33,897 nucleotides of DNA from a virus. The stretch spans positions 1 to 33,897 of IMG/VR virus record IMGVR_UViG_3300044712_000063; one strand, written 5' to 3'. A program made the translations under genes and the position numbers. The notes beneath the pieces were generated by a model, which worked only from the letters and a program-made list of their open reading frames with translations, was not told the origin of the DNA and searched no databases. This document shows, piece by piece, positions 8,295 through 16,143 of this stretch (its first letter is position 1; each line of letters begins with the position of its first letter).

Positions 8295-10865
8295 ATGGCA
8301 AATAAGAAAATAAACGAACTAGACAGTAGGTCATCATTGAGCCTATCAGATTTGATGGCGGTGGGTGATCCTAGTACTGGCTATTTATATAAGACTACCA
8401 TCAGTGATTTAAAAACACTGACAGGTGCAGGGGTGATTTCATTTAATGGCAGATTTGGGGCTGTATCACCTGCTGAGGGTGACTACACACTGACACAGCT
8501 GAGTGATGTGATCATCACTACTGCTGCCAATGGGAACATCATCAAATACAATGGATCAAACTGGGTGAATGTACCAATGTACACAGGAACTATTGCACAG
8601 TATGTGGATGGCACTGGTGCATATCAAACATTCCCTACACTATTGTCATCTGATAGATTAGTGACTGAGGTGAGAAATACATCAGGTGCTACAATGACAA
8701 AAGGAACTGTAGTTTATTTGAATGGATCTAGTGGTACATTGCCAACAATAGCAAAGGCAAAGGCTGATGCAGAATCTACATCTACAGGTACATACGGAGT
8801 GGTGCAAAATGATATTGCAAACAATGCCAATGGATATGTGGTAGTGATAGGTAATTTGACAGGCATTGACACATCAGCATATTCAGCTGGTGCTATTTTA
8901 TGGCTATCACCTACAACAGCAGGCGGATTCACTACTACTAAGCCAGTAGCACCAAACAATGCAGTGTATGTGGGGATAGTGACTAGATCAAACAATACAC
9001 AGGGGACTATTGAGGTAAAAATACAAAACGGATATGAACTAGAGGAATTGCACAATGTGCTGATCACATCTGCTGCAAACAATGATGGACTATTTTGGGA
9101 AAGTTCTACATCTTTATGGAAAAATAAAAGCATTTCAACTGTACTAGGTTATACACCAGCGAATGCTAGTTCTGTAGTGCCAAATACTAGAACATTAACA
9201 ATAAACGGAACTGCCTATGATTTGAGTGCAGACAGAACATGGACAATACCTACACATGATGCAGTGACTATAGGCACAGCAAATGGATTGAGTTTGTCAG
9301 GCCAGGCTTTGTCATTAGCATTAGCTAGCACTAGTGCAACTGGTGCATTGAGCAGCACAGACTGGAATACATTTAATGGCAAACAAAACGCGATTACCTT
9401 AACTACAACAGGAACAAGTGGTGCGGCTACTTTAGTTGGTTCAACTTTAAATATCCCTAACTATACTACGGACTTAAGCGGATATGTTCCATATACAGGT
9501 GCGACTAACAACGTTAATTTAGGAGAAAATGATTTGTTTTCAAGGAATATTACCAATAAGCAAATTATAAAAATAGATGGTTATGTAAGCGGTTCAAGTA
9601 CTTTGGCAGGTGCTTTAGGAATTAAAACTTCATCAGCAGGGTTTACTTATGGCGGAACAGGTTACATTTCAATTACAAGTAACGATACAAATGCTTTGAC
9701 TGTTGTAAACGAAAGCGGTGTATGGTCTAAAATATCTTTTAATTCAATAAGTTCAAATAGAACATTTACATTTCCTAATGCTTCTGGAACTATTGCTTTA
9801 ACAAGCGATATACCTACTGTTGCAGGTGTTTATTTGCCTTTAGCAGGAGGTACTTTAACAGGTGCATTAAGCGGAACAAGAGCAAGTTTTTCACAATCAA
9901 CATCAGTATCAAGTGTTTATGGTTATAATGGTTTTACAGGTGGAACAGGAATAGAAGGGGGTGCAGGTAATGGCGAAGCAGGGTATTTTTCAAACAATTC
10001 AACTACTTACCCTGTAATAGAATTAGTTTCTTTGAGTGCAACTAAATTCATTAGAGCAATCAATAGTTCTGCAGCAGAGGTATTTAATATTAGTTCAACA
10101 GGTGGTGGATATTTTGCAGGTAGTGTAGGAATTGGAACGACAAGTCCAAGTTATAAATTATCGGTTGTTGGTCCAAATGGCGGTACTGCAATTTCTTGGA
10201 CTGATAATATAAATAACACAGGGTATTTAAGTATTAGGGGTACTGCTGCTGCAATTGGTGCTGACAATAATTTACTTTTTGAAACTGCTGCTACCGAACG
10301 TATGCGTATTACAAGCGGTGGTACTTTATTATTAGGTAGAACTACATTACCTAATACAAACTATAAATTTATCGCAAACGTAGGCAGTGATTTAAATATC
10401 GCTTTTGGTGTTCAAGGTGGTGAGTCATCAATAGAATCTTTTAATGATGCAATCAATCAAAGTAAGGCTTTGAGGATTTACGGATACCCTTTATATTTAC
10501 CGGTTCAAGCCGGCGATACAACAGGTTCTGGTGCAAATATGTATATAGACGGAACAACAGGAAGAATATATCGTTCAACTTCATCTTTAAAGTATAAAAA
10601 TAATGTAGAAAATTATACTAAAGGATTGGCAGAAGTTATGCAAATGCGACCTGTTACTTATAATAGCAAAAATGAAAATGAAACGCAAACTTTTGCAGGT
10701 TTTATTGCAGAGGAAATTCACGATTTAGGATTGGCGGAATTTGTACAATATGCAGAAGATGAAACGCCTGATGCTTTATCTTATGGTAATATGGTTTCTT
10801 TATTAGTTAAAGCAATTCAAGAACAACAAGCACAAATAGAAGATATAAAAGCTAGATTAAACTAA
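8295..10865 (+). CDS. Tail fibre / receptor-binding protein with a C-terminal intramolecular chaperone (Peptidase_S74) domain
   Basis: 856 aa, Gly/Ser/Thr-rich. It carries the 'LSSTDWNTFNGKQN' motif. The C-terminus 'SSLKYKNNVENYTKGL..MRPVTY...GFIAEE...LSYGNMVSLLVKAIQEQQ' matches the remembered S74 auto-cleaving chaperone signature. Confidence 0.85.
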   Translation: MANKKINELDSRSSLSLSDLMAVGDPSTGYLYKTTISDLKTLTGAGVISFNGRFGAVSPAEGDYTLTQLSDVIITTAANGNIIKYNGSNWVNVPMYTGTIAQYVDGTGAYQTFPTLLSSDRLVTEVRNTSGATMTKGTVVYLNGSSGTLPTIAKAKADAESTSTGTYGVVQNDIANNANGYVVVIGNLTGIDTSAYSAGAILWLSPTTAGGFTTTKPVAPNNAVYVGIVTRSNNTQGTIEVKIQNGYELEELHNVLITSAANNDGLFWESSTSLWKNKSISTVLGYTPANASSVVPNTRTLTINGTAYDLSADRTWTIPTHDAVTIGTANGLSLSGQALSLALASTSATGALSSTDWNTFNGKQNAITLTTTGTSGAATLVGSTLNIPNYTTDLSGYVPYTGATNNVNLGENDLFSRNITNKQIIKIDGYVSGSSTLAGALGIKTSSAGFTYGGTGYISITSNDTNALTVVNESGVWSKISFNSISSNRTFTFPNASGTIALTSDIPTVAGVYLPLAGGTLTGALSGTRASFSQSTSVSSVYGYNGFTGGTGIEGGAGNGEAGYFSNNSTTYPVIELVSLSATKFIRAINSSAAEVFNISSTGGGYFAGSVGIGTTSPSYKLSVVGPNGGTAISWTDNINNTGYLSIRGTAAAIGADNNLLFETAATERMRITSGGTLLLGRTTLPNTNYKFIANVGSDLNIAFGVQGGESSIESFNDAINQSKALRIYGYPLYLPVQAGDTTGSGANMYIDGTTGRIYRSTSSLKYKNNVENYTKGLAEVMQMRPVTYNSKNENETQTFAGFIAEEIHDLGLAEFVQYAEDETPDALSYGNMVSLLVKAIQEQQAQIEDIKARLN

Positions 10866-10872
10866 CAAACCA

Positions 10873-10892
10873 GGTGTGTCAAGTGGCACACC
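10873..10892 (+). other. Hairpin just after the tail-fibre stop codon (no U-tract)
   Basis: GGTGTG (10873-10878) pairs with CACACC (10887-10892), loop 8 nt. Confidence 0.35.
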
Positions 10893-10907
10893 ACAAAACA
10901 ATACGGA

Positions 10908-11159
10908 ATGACCAAAGCAATTAGTGCAGTAAGCACCTGGAATAATGGTGCAGCAGTTTCAGCTACAAAGCTGTATTTGAAATGTATCAATGATGACCTG
11001 GACACAGAGTCAGTCTACTACTATGAGATCAGGACATCAGCAGATCTGCCAGTGGCAAACGGAAACCTGACCATGTCAGGGACTGACTACACATCCAGGA
11101 CAGACAATGACTACACCTGGGACTGGGCAGCAGATGAATTGGGACTGACACTGACCTAG
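10908..11159 (+). CDS. Hypothetical small protein downstream of the fibre
   Basis: 83-aa ORF. It is locally richer in GC, with many GAC/CTG codons. Confidence 0.6.
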   Translation: MTKAISAVSTWNNGAAVSATKLYLKCINDDLDTESVYYYEIRTSADLPVANGNLTMSGTDYTSRTDNDYTWDWAADELGLTLT

Positions 11160-11200
11160 TAAAAAATGGCTGAAAAGCTATATATAAAAAACACAAAAGC

Positions 11201-11617
11201 ATGAAATTAAAACTACATGAAGTGGTAGCACTTCACTATGAATTGAACGGAATCACAAAGCAAGGGCAGGATGGATCTAGTGAAATCATCAGTCAAGGTT
11301 TGTTGAAACAAAAGACAAACATGAAAACTAAGCTGTACCTACAGAGATTGAATGCTGTAGTAGCAGATGAGTTCAAACTGTATTCTGAGGCTGAACAGGA
11401 ACTATTCAAAAAGTATGGTGAGGAAAAGGATGGCATGATCACTGTAGCAAAAGAAAAGTGGGCTGAGTTAGTAAAGGAGAAAGAGGACTTATTGACAGCT
11501 GAGAAAGACATAGATGTAGTGAATTTATGGTCAGGTGCAATGACCATTGACACTGTAGCTGAGATTGAAACAGATGAAGTCTACCCAGTTTTTTTAAAAT
11601 TGATAGATAGTAAATAG
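11201..11617 (+). CDS. Hypothetical protein
   Basis: 138-aa helical, charged ORF. Its stop abuts the next ATG. Confidence 0.65.
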   Translation: MKLKLHEVVALHYELNGITKQGQDGSSEIISQGLLKQKTNMKTKLYLQRLNAVVADEFKLYSEAEQELFKKYGEEKDGMITVAKEKWAELVKEKEDLLTAEKDIDVVNLWSGAMTIDTVAEIETDEVYPVFLKLIDSK

Positions 11618-11836
11618 ATGACAAATATTGCAGTTTTTTTAGCAGGCCAGGCCATAGCCATCATCATTGGATTGATAGGCATATATGTAAAAGTAAGTTT
11701 GAAACTTAAAGAACTTGAGGTCAGAGTGAGTATGGTAGAAAAGAATGAGGACAGCATAGCTAAAAAGCTGGACAATATCATAGAGACTATCAATAAGCTG
11801 GCAATATCAATGCAAAACAAACAAGACAGAGAATAA
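11618..11836 (+). CDS. Single-pass membrane protein with a coiled-coil tail (holin / antiholin candidate)
   Basis: It has the N-terminal TM segment 'IAVFLAGQAIAIIIGLIGIYV' followed by a charged helix, and it is the first gene of the lysis cluster. Confidence 0.55.
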   Translation: MTNIAVFLAGQAIAIIIGLIGIYVKVSLKLKELEVRVSMVEKNEDSIAKKLDNIIETINKLAISMQNKQDRE

Positions 11837-12324
11837 TGAGACTGATCATCCTAGCTGTGTTATTGTCTAGCTGCTCAATGATGCACAAAGCATCCAGCAA
11901 GCAAATGAAAGACAGCACAGCTGTGATCACAGACAATACCAGGCAATATGTCAAAACTGACAGCATTGCCACATCTACAAACAAAGAGATAGAAACAGCA
12001 GACCTAGTGGTAGTACTAAAAGATACAGCCACTGGGTTTGTAGTTTTATCAGGTGATAGTTTCACCATCCCTGCAAAGGCCATCAAAGAGATCAGACAAA
12101 AAAGGCAAAAGCAAAAGCAATCAGATCAATCTACACAGGTCATCAAAGACCAGGCAATCATCACAGACACCAGGCAAAAGGTCACAGTCAAACAGAAAGA
12201 TGTGACAAAAGACAAGCATGTCACTAGACTTTCATGGTGGTGGATTTTGGTGATAATAGGATCAGTTCTGCTATATATAAGCAGAAAAAAGATCTATGCA
12301 ATTTATAAAGCATTTACTATCTAA
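11836..12324 (+). CDS. Unimolecular spanin (u-spanin) candidate
   Basis: It has an N-terminal lipoprotein signal with the lipobox 'LLSSC' and a C-terminal TM segment 'LSWWWILVIIGSVLLYI'. It lies adjacent to the holin and endolysin. Confidence 0.6.
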   Translation: MRLIILAVLLSSCSMMHKASSKQMKDSTAVITDNTRQYVKTDSIATSTNKEIETADLVVVLKDTATGFVVLSGDSFTIPAKAIKEIRQKRQKQKQSDQSTQVIKDQAIITDTRQKVTVKQKDVTKDKHVTRLSWWWILVIIGSVLLYISRKKIYAIYKAFTI

Positions 12325-12544
12325 TGATGGGCTAGTCAGCAGCAAAAGGTTTGCTGGCATTGCTGCATTTGTGAATGCTATTGTACTGGGCTATCTGCCC
12401 AATTCAAAACAGTATGTATTTGAGGGATTTCTGTGGTATTCTGCTGCTGTGTTTGGAGTGACTGCATTTGAAAAATTTACCAAAAATGAAAGATCAAAAG
12501 ACACTAGAGAGGATTCAGCTACTGCATCCCAAACTGAGGGATGA
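12296..12544 (+). CDS. Holin candidate (two TM segments)
   Basis: 82 aa with TM segments 'FAGIAAFVNAIVLGYL' and 'GFLWYSAAVFGVTAF' and a charged C-terminus. It overlaps the endolysin start. Confidence 0.6.
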   Translation: MQFIKHLLSNDGLVSSKRFAGIAAFVNAIVLGYLPNSKQYVFEGFLWYSAAVFGVTAFEKFTKNERSKDTREDSATASQTEG

Positions 12545-12992
12545 GGCACTAGAACTGTATGATGAGATAGTAGCAGCATTGACAGGATCAGCAGCATGCA
12601 GGTTTTCGTACACACTGAGGACATTTGCAGAGCAGGATGCACTTTATGCCCAGGGCAGATCAAAGCCTGGCAAAGTGGTCACAAATGCCAAAGGGGGGCA
12701 GTCATATCACAATTACGGACTAGCCATTGATATTGTGTTACTAGCGGACAAAGATCACAATGGATCATTTGAGAGTGCAGTATGGGACACCAGGACAGAT
12801 TTTGATGGTGATAAAAAGGCAGACTGGATGGAGGTAGTACAGATATTTAAGAGATACGGATTTGAGTGGGGCGGTGAGTGGAAATTCAAAGATGATCCAC
12901 ATTTTCAAAAATCATTCGGAAAATCTATATATGAACTGAGAGCATTGCACACAGCTGGGAAAGTAGACAAAAACGGCTTTGTGTTAATTTAA
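12486..12992 (+). CDS. Endolysin, peptidase M15 (VanY / L-alanyl-D-glutamate peptidase-like)
   Basis: 'QSYHNYGLAIDI' and 'DDPHFQ' supply the His/Asp/His zinc ligands typical of M15 cell-wall peptidases. ATG at 12486 is preferred over the track's TTG at 12468. Confidence 0.8.
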   Translation: MKDQKTLERIQLLHPKLRDEALELYDEIVAALTGSAACRFSYTLRTFAEQDALYAQGRSKPGKVVTNAKGGQSYHNYGLAIDIVLLADKDHNGSFESAVWDTRTDFDGDKKADWMEVVQIFKRYGFEWGGEWKFKDDPHFQKSFGKSIYELRALHTAGKVDKNGFVLI

Positions 12993-13024
12993 AAATGGGT
13001 GACTAAACTACTGAAAGCAAAACT

Positions 13025-13888
13025 TTGAAAAACAATAGACCTAGACTATCAGAAAAAGAGTACAACTGGTGGCAGTTAAAAAAATTGACTGACAAAAAAA
13101 TCTATTCTGTACTGCTCAAATCAGATGAGCATGGCTGGCTGACTGACCTAAATGTGCAGAGGTGTATCAATAGAGTGCTGCAATGTAATCACTTTGATGA
13201 GGTGGCACTACTAGGTGATCTGATGGATCTGCCCTATATTTCTAGGCATGAGAAAAAACTATTTGATGATGGCATACTGGCTGGCTACAGTGAGATCAAA
13301 GAGGTAGAATATACAAAGGAACAGATCCTGCATCCATTGAGGCTGTCTACTGATGCAAAGATCAGATTCATACCAGGCAATCATGATGAGAGGATCACAA
13401 AGCCCCACATGAATAGTAAAAGCCAGCTGGCTAGGCTTGCTGTCTTATTCAAAGAGTACAAATCTACAGAAATACAAAAGATCCTTTCATTTGATGACTA
13501 TGGCATTGAATGGGATGGCAAAGACTATATAAACTGGTTTGACATCTTTACTGGTGTGCATGGTCTATCACTGTCTAAAAATGCAGGTGAGAAAAACATC
13601 TATGAATACATGGGTAGTGGTGCATCAGGACACAGCCATAGATTAAACTACAAACCGATCACAAATAGAAACAATCCCTATGTGTGGCTAGAAGTGGGAT
13701 GTGGCAGGGTGAGGACTGAGGTAGAGTATTTCCCTACAGGTAAAATCCCTGACTGGCAGCATGGGTTTGCTACTATTCACTTTTACACAATAGACAAAGA
13801 AATATTCTTTTTTGCTCAGACACATCAGATCATTGATGGCAAATGCCTGTACAATGGTGTAGTGTATGATGGTACAAAAATACTATAA
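13025..13888 (+). CDS. Calcineurin-like metallophosphoesterase
   Basis: Ordered motifs 'SDEHG', 'GDLMD', 'GNHDE' and 'GHSH' are present. The start is TTG; there is no in-frame ATG nearby. Confidence 0.75.
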   Translation: MKNNRPRLSEKEYNWWQLKKLTDKKIYSVLLKSDEHGWLTDLNVQRCINRVLQCNHFDEVALLGDLMDLPYISRHEKKLFDDGILAGYSEIKEVEYTKEQILHPLRLSTDAKIRFIPGNHDERITKPHMNSKSQLARLAVLFKEYKSTEIQKILSFDDYGIEWDGKDYINWFDIFTGVHGLSLSKNAGEKNIYEYMGSGASGHSHRLNYKPITNRNNPYVWLEVGCGRVRTEVEYFPTGKIPDWQHGFATIHFYTIDKEIFFFAQTHQIIDGKCLYNGVVYDGTKIL

Positions 13889-13891
13889 GCT

Positions 13892-14164
13892 ATGTATATC
13901 ACAAATCATAAAATCAATAAAGCTGACACAGCAAAAGCAAGTGAGATACAGGTAGGAGGTGGACACTATGCCAGTTTGAAAATACAGCCCACAGAGTTCA
14001 TACATGCGAATGGTGTGCCATTCATTGAGGGCAATGTGATCAAGTATGTGATGAGACATAGACAAAAAAATGGAATTGAGGATCTGAAAAAAGCTAGACA
14101 CTACATTGACCTATTGATTGAATTTGAGTATGGAAAAGAAAGTGAACGAGATGACATTGGATGA
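13892..14164 (+). CDS. DUF3310-family phage protein
   Basis: 'GGGHYASLKIQPTEFI...GNVIKYVMRHRQKNGIEDLKKARHYIDLL' matches the remembered DUF3310 signature. Confidence 0.8.
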   Translation: MYITNHKINKADTAKASEIQVGGGHYASLKIQPTEFIHANGVPFIEGNVIKYVMRHRQKNGIEDLKKARHYIDLLIEFEYGKESERDDIG

Positions 14165-14276
14165 GCAGGAATCCTGGCTGGTTAAAAAACTACAGGAATA
14201 CTATGCAAAGCAGGATGACATCAAAAGACTACTGGCTACTGTGAGAGGTGGTCAGCGAATAAAAATAAACGAATGA
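14151..14276 (+). CDS. Small ORF (41 aa, MTLDEQESWLVKKLQEYYAKQDDIKRLLATVRGGQRIKINE), not in the ORF track
   Basis: Translated by hand. It fills the 14165-14272 gap, and its TGA overlaps the next ATG (ATGA at 14273-14276). Confidence 0.5.
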   Translation: MTLDEQESWLVKKLQEYYAKQDDIKRLLATVRGGQRIKINE

Positions 14277-14860
14277 TAGACTTTGTGCAGCATGTTAAAA
14301 ACACATGCAAAACTTTTGATGTAAAATGTGAACTGAGAAACACAAAGTATCTAAAACTAGATGCAAAAAATAGATGTGCAGGGTACTTTGATGACACAGT
14401 GCCTGTACTTGCATGTGCTATGAATAGACCTGATGCACTAGAGATCCTGGTGCATGAGTTTGCACATTTCACCCAATGGGGTGAGCAGTGTGAGGCATGG
14501 ACAAATGCATTTGACAATAAAGCCTATGATCGTTTTGGGGCAATGCTAGAGGGCAAAAAAGTCAGGAATCTGCAATACTATCTAGGACTGTGCAGGGATC
14601 TAGAACTTGACAATGAGATCAGATCTGTCAATCTGATCAAAAAATTCAAACTACCAATAGACAAAAAGCAATACATAAAAAAGGCAAACACCTACATCTA
14701 TTTTTATAACTGGATGGTGATCAGCAAAAGATGGTGTAAATCTAGCAATAGCCCCTATAAGAATCAAAGGCTGATGGAGGTGATGCCTGATCATTTTGAT
14801 AATGACTACACCATTTTGCCTAAACATATAGAGCAGATCTATAGAGAGGAAAATATTTAA
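14273..14860 (+). CDS. Putative zinc metalloprotease (HExxH; SprT/ImmA-like)
   Basis: 'RCAGYFDD...ALEILVHEFAHFTQW' contains an HEFAH motif in a SprT-like context. Confidence 0.5.
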   Translation: MIDFVQHVKNTCKTFDVKCELRNTKYLKLDAKNRCAGYFDDTVPVLACAMNRPDALEILVHEFAHFTQWGEQCEAWTNAFDNKAYDRFGAMLEGKKVRNLQYYLGLCRDLELDNEIRSVNLIKKFKLPIDKKQYIKKANTYIYFYNWMVISKRWCKSSNSPYKNQRLMEVMPDHFDNDYTILPKHIEQIYREENI

Positions 14861-14884
14861 ACTTTGTTTTTCATAGTGTGATAG

Positions 14885-14913
14885 GCCTGGCATTTCTATG
14901 CTGGGCTATTTTT
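14885..14913 (+). terminator. Terminator-like hairpin
   Basis: GCCTGGCA (14885-14892) pairs with TGCTGGGC (14899-14906) with two G-U pairs, followed by TATTTTTA. Confidence 0.45.
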
Positions 14914-14923
14914 ATTTAAAATA

Positions 14924-14955
14924 TTTGGATAGTAAATGATTGTTTACTATATTTG
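14924..14955 (+). promoter_or_regulatory. Bacteroidota-type promoter: -33 TTTG and -7 TAtaTTTG
   Basis: TTTG lies at 14924-14927 and TATATTTG at 14948-14955, 20 nt apart, matching the published Bacteroides/Flavobacterium consensus. The site is just downstream of a terminator and 20 nt upstream of an ATG. Confidence 0.6.
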
Positions 14956-14974
14956 CCATCTAAAACACACAAAC

Positions 14975-15070
14975 ATGAAAAAACAAACAAACTATGGCAT
15001 CCAGGCCATCATCATTTTGATCACTGCATTTTCAGTATTAGCTATCTTACAAGATCCATTTTGCAAATAA
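14975..15070 (+). CDS. Small hydrophobic peptide (31 aa, MKKQTNYGIQAIIILITAFSVLAILQDPFCK), not in the ORF track
   Basis: Translated by hand. It is the first ATG after the promoter, has one TM-like segment, and its TAA overlaps the next ATG (TAATG at 15068-15072). Confidence 0.45.
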   Translation: MKKQTNYGIQAIIILITAFSVLAILQDPFCK

Positions 15071-15531
15071 TGGACTACACTATTGAAAATGGGTGTAAGG
15101 TATTCACAGGTGAGTACCTTAAAAACAGAGGCACATGCTGTAAAAACGGCTGTAAGAACTGCCCATACAAGACATGCAACAAATGTGGAGAGACAAAGCT
15201 GAAAGATGATTTCTACAAAAGGTGGGATTCTATTGATGGCCACTATCATCAGTGCAAGTACTGCATTAAGATGCTACACATTAAGATCAAACAGAGAAAA
15301 GCAATGTATAATTTTTTTTTAAACAAACACATGACAAAAGAGGAATTTTTCAGGGTAGTGCCTGCCAAACAGTTTTTCACAAAATACTGCACAGGGATCA
15401 CAAACTACTACCACAAACTGAGAGGGTATGATGGGAACAAAAAACAGATTGATTTCACAGATCAGGAAAAAAAGTACATGACTAAATGTGCAGCCAAACT
15501 AGGCAAAGACCTGGCAAATGTCAAATTCTAG
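15070..15531 (+). CDS. Cysteine-rich protein (DUF5522-like CxxGCxxCPY motif plus a zinc-ribbon-like CxxC...CxxC)
   Basis: 'FTGEYLKNRGTCCKNGCKNCPYKTCNKCGETK...HYHQCKYC'. ATG at 15070 is preferred, because the track's TTG at 14953 lies inside the promoter -7 box. Confidence 0.6.
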   Translation: MDYTIENGCKVFTGEYLKNRGTCCKNGCKNCPYKTCNKCGETKLKDDFYKRWDSIDGHYHQCKYCIKMLHIKIKQRKAMYNFFLNKHMTKEEFFRVVPAKQFFTKYCTGITNYYHKLRGYDGNKKQIDFTDQEKKYMTKCAAKLGKDLANVKF

Positions 15532-15565
15532 TTTAAAAATAATTTTGAAAAAAAGTGATAATTAT

Positions 15566-15596
15566 TTTGGTAGTATAAAATCTTTTACTAATTTAG
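15566..15596 (+). promoter_or_regulatory. Promoter-like element: TTTG, 19-nt spacer, then TAatTTAG (one mismatch)
   Basis: TTTG lies at 15566-15569 and TAATTTAG at 15589-15596. The region is bracketed by GTGATA (15555-15560) and TATCAC (15597-15602), an inverted repeat. Confidence 0.35.
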
Positions 15597-15617
15597 TATC
15601 ACAAAACACAAAACACT

Positions 15618-15956
15618 ATGAAAGTATTATTTAAAATCATTGACTTTAATGTAGACAGAGATGACAATGCATTGACTGTGGAATTGAACACACACAATAC
15701 ATGTCACATTCAGCTAGATCAATTTGAGGCATGGCTGGAAAGGACTGATAGACTTGACTGGGTAAATGACTGGGCTGATCATGATGGTGATCATTGCCAG
15801 GTGTCAGGGAAATATTCTATCACTGAGTACTGGGGGATTTATTTGGGATGTATTCACAAAGACATCTATGACTACATTGTGATCAATTTTATTGATCCGA
15901 TTAAAGGCATCAAAGATTCTATAACTAAAATAACAAATGAATATGCAGCAGGATAA
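15618..15956 (+). CDS. Acidic early protein, unknown function
   Basis: 112 aa, rich in Asp/Glu/Trp ('DWVNDWADHDGDHCQ'). It is the first gene after a promoter-like region. Confidence 0.65.
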   Translation: MKVLFKIIDFNVDRDDNALTVELNTHNTCHIQLDQFEAWLERTDRLDWVNDWADHDGDHCQVSGKYSITEYWGIYLGCIHKDIYDYIVINFIDPIKGIKDSITKITNEYAAG

Positions 15957-16143
15957 AATGCCTACATGGTGTGATCTAGTACCACAGGAAAGACATCAGC
16001 TGCTGGGTGAGTTAGTAGATGCAATGATCTACAGCCCAGTAGCAGTAATGACAATTCAAAGTCTTTTAAAAGGCTTTAAGAGAAACGGATATGTAAGATC
16101 TACAATTCTACCAAATTCAAATATCACAAATGAAAACCAGTAA
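15937..16143 (+). CDS. Hypothetical small protein
   Basis: 68-aa ORF overlapping both neighbours by a few codons. Confidence 0.55.
   Translation: MNMQQDKMPTWCDLVPQERHQLLGELVDAMIYSPVAVMTIQSLLKGFKRNGYVRSTILPNSNITNENQ

Noticed and set aside
8295-10865. Diversity-generating retroelement targeting the tail fibre
   Set aside because: No reverse transcriptase gene is present in the genome, and I found no template/variable repeat pair. The compositional break is better explained by module exchange.
10908-11159. The locally GC-richer 83-aa ORF after the fibre as a third foreign island
   Set aside because: It is too short for a reliable compositional call by eye, it still avoids CpG like the backbone, and the repeated GACTG/ACCTGG strings can be explained by its Asp/Leu/Thr/Trp-rich sequence.
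14953-15069. N-terminal extensions proposed by the ORF track, here and at 12468, 19004, 19678, 20667 and 24133 (non-ATG or deeply overlapping starts)
   Set aside because: Each extension overlaps the preceding gene out of frame or lies within a promoter box. In every case a downstream ATG forms the ATGA/TAATG coupling typical of this genome.
15312-15320. T9 run with an in-phase T_TTT_TTT in the Cys-rich protein gene
   Set aside because: The -1 frame runs only about 38 codons of unconvincing sequence and joins no other ORF. Unlike the 29241 tract, nothing suggests a second product.
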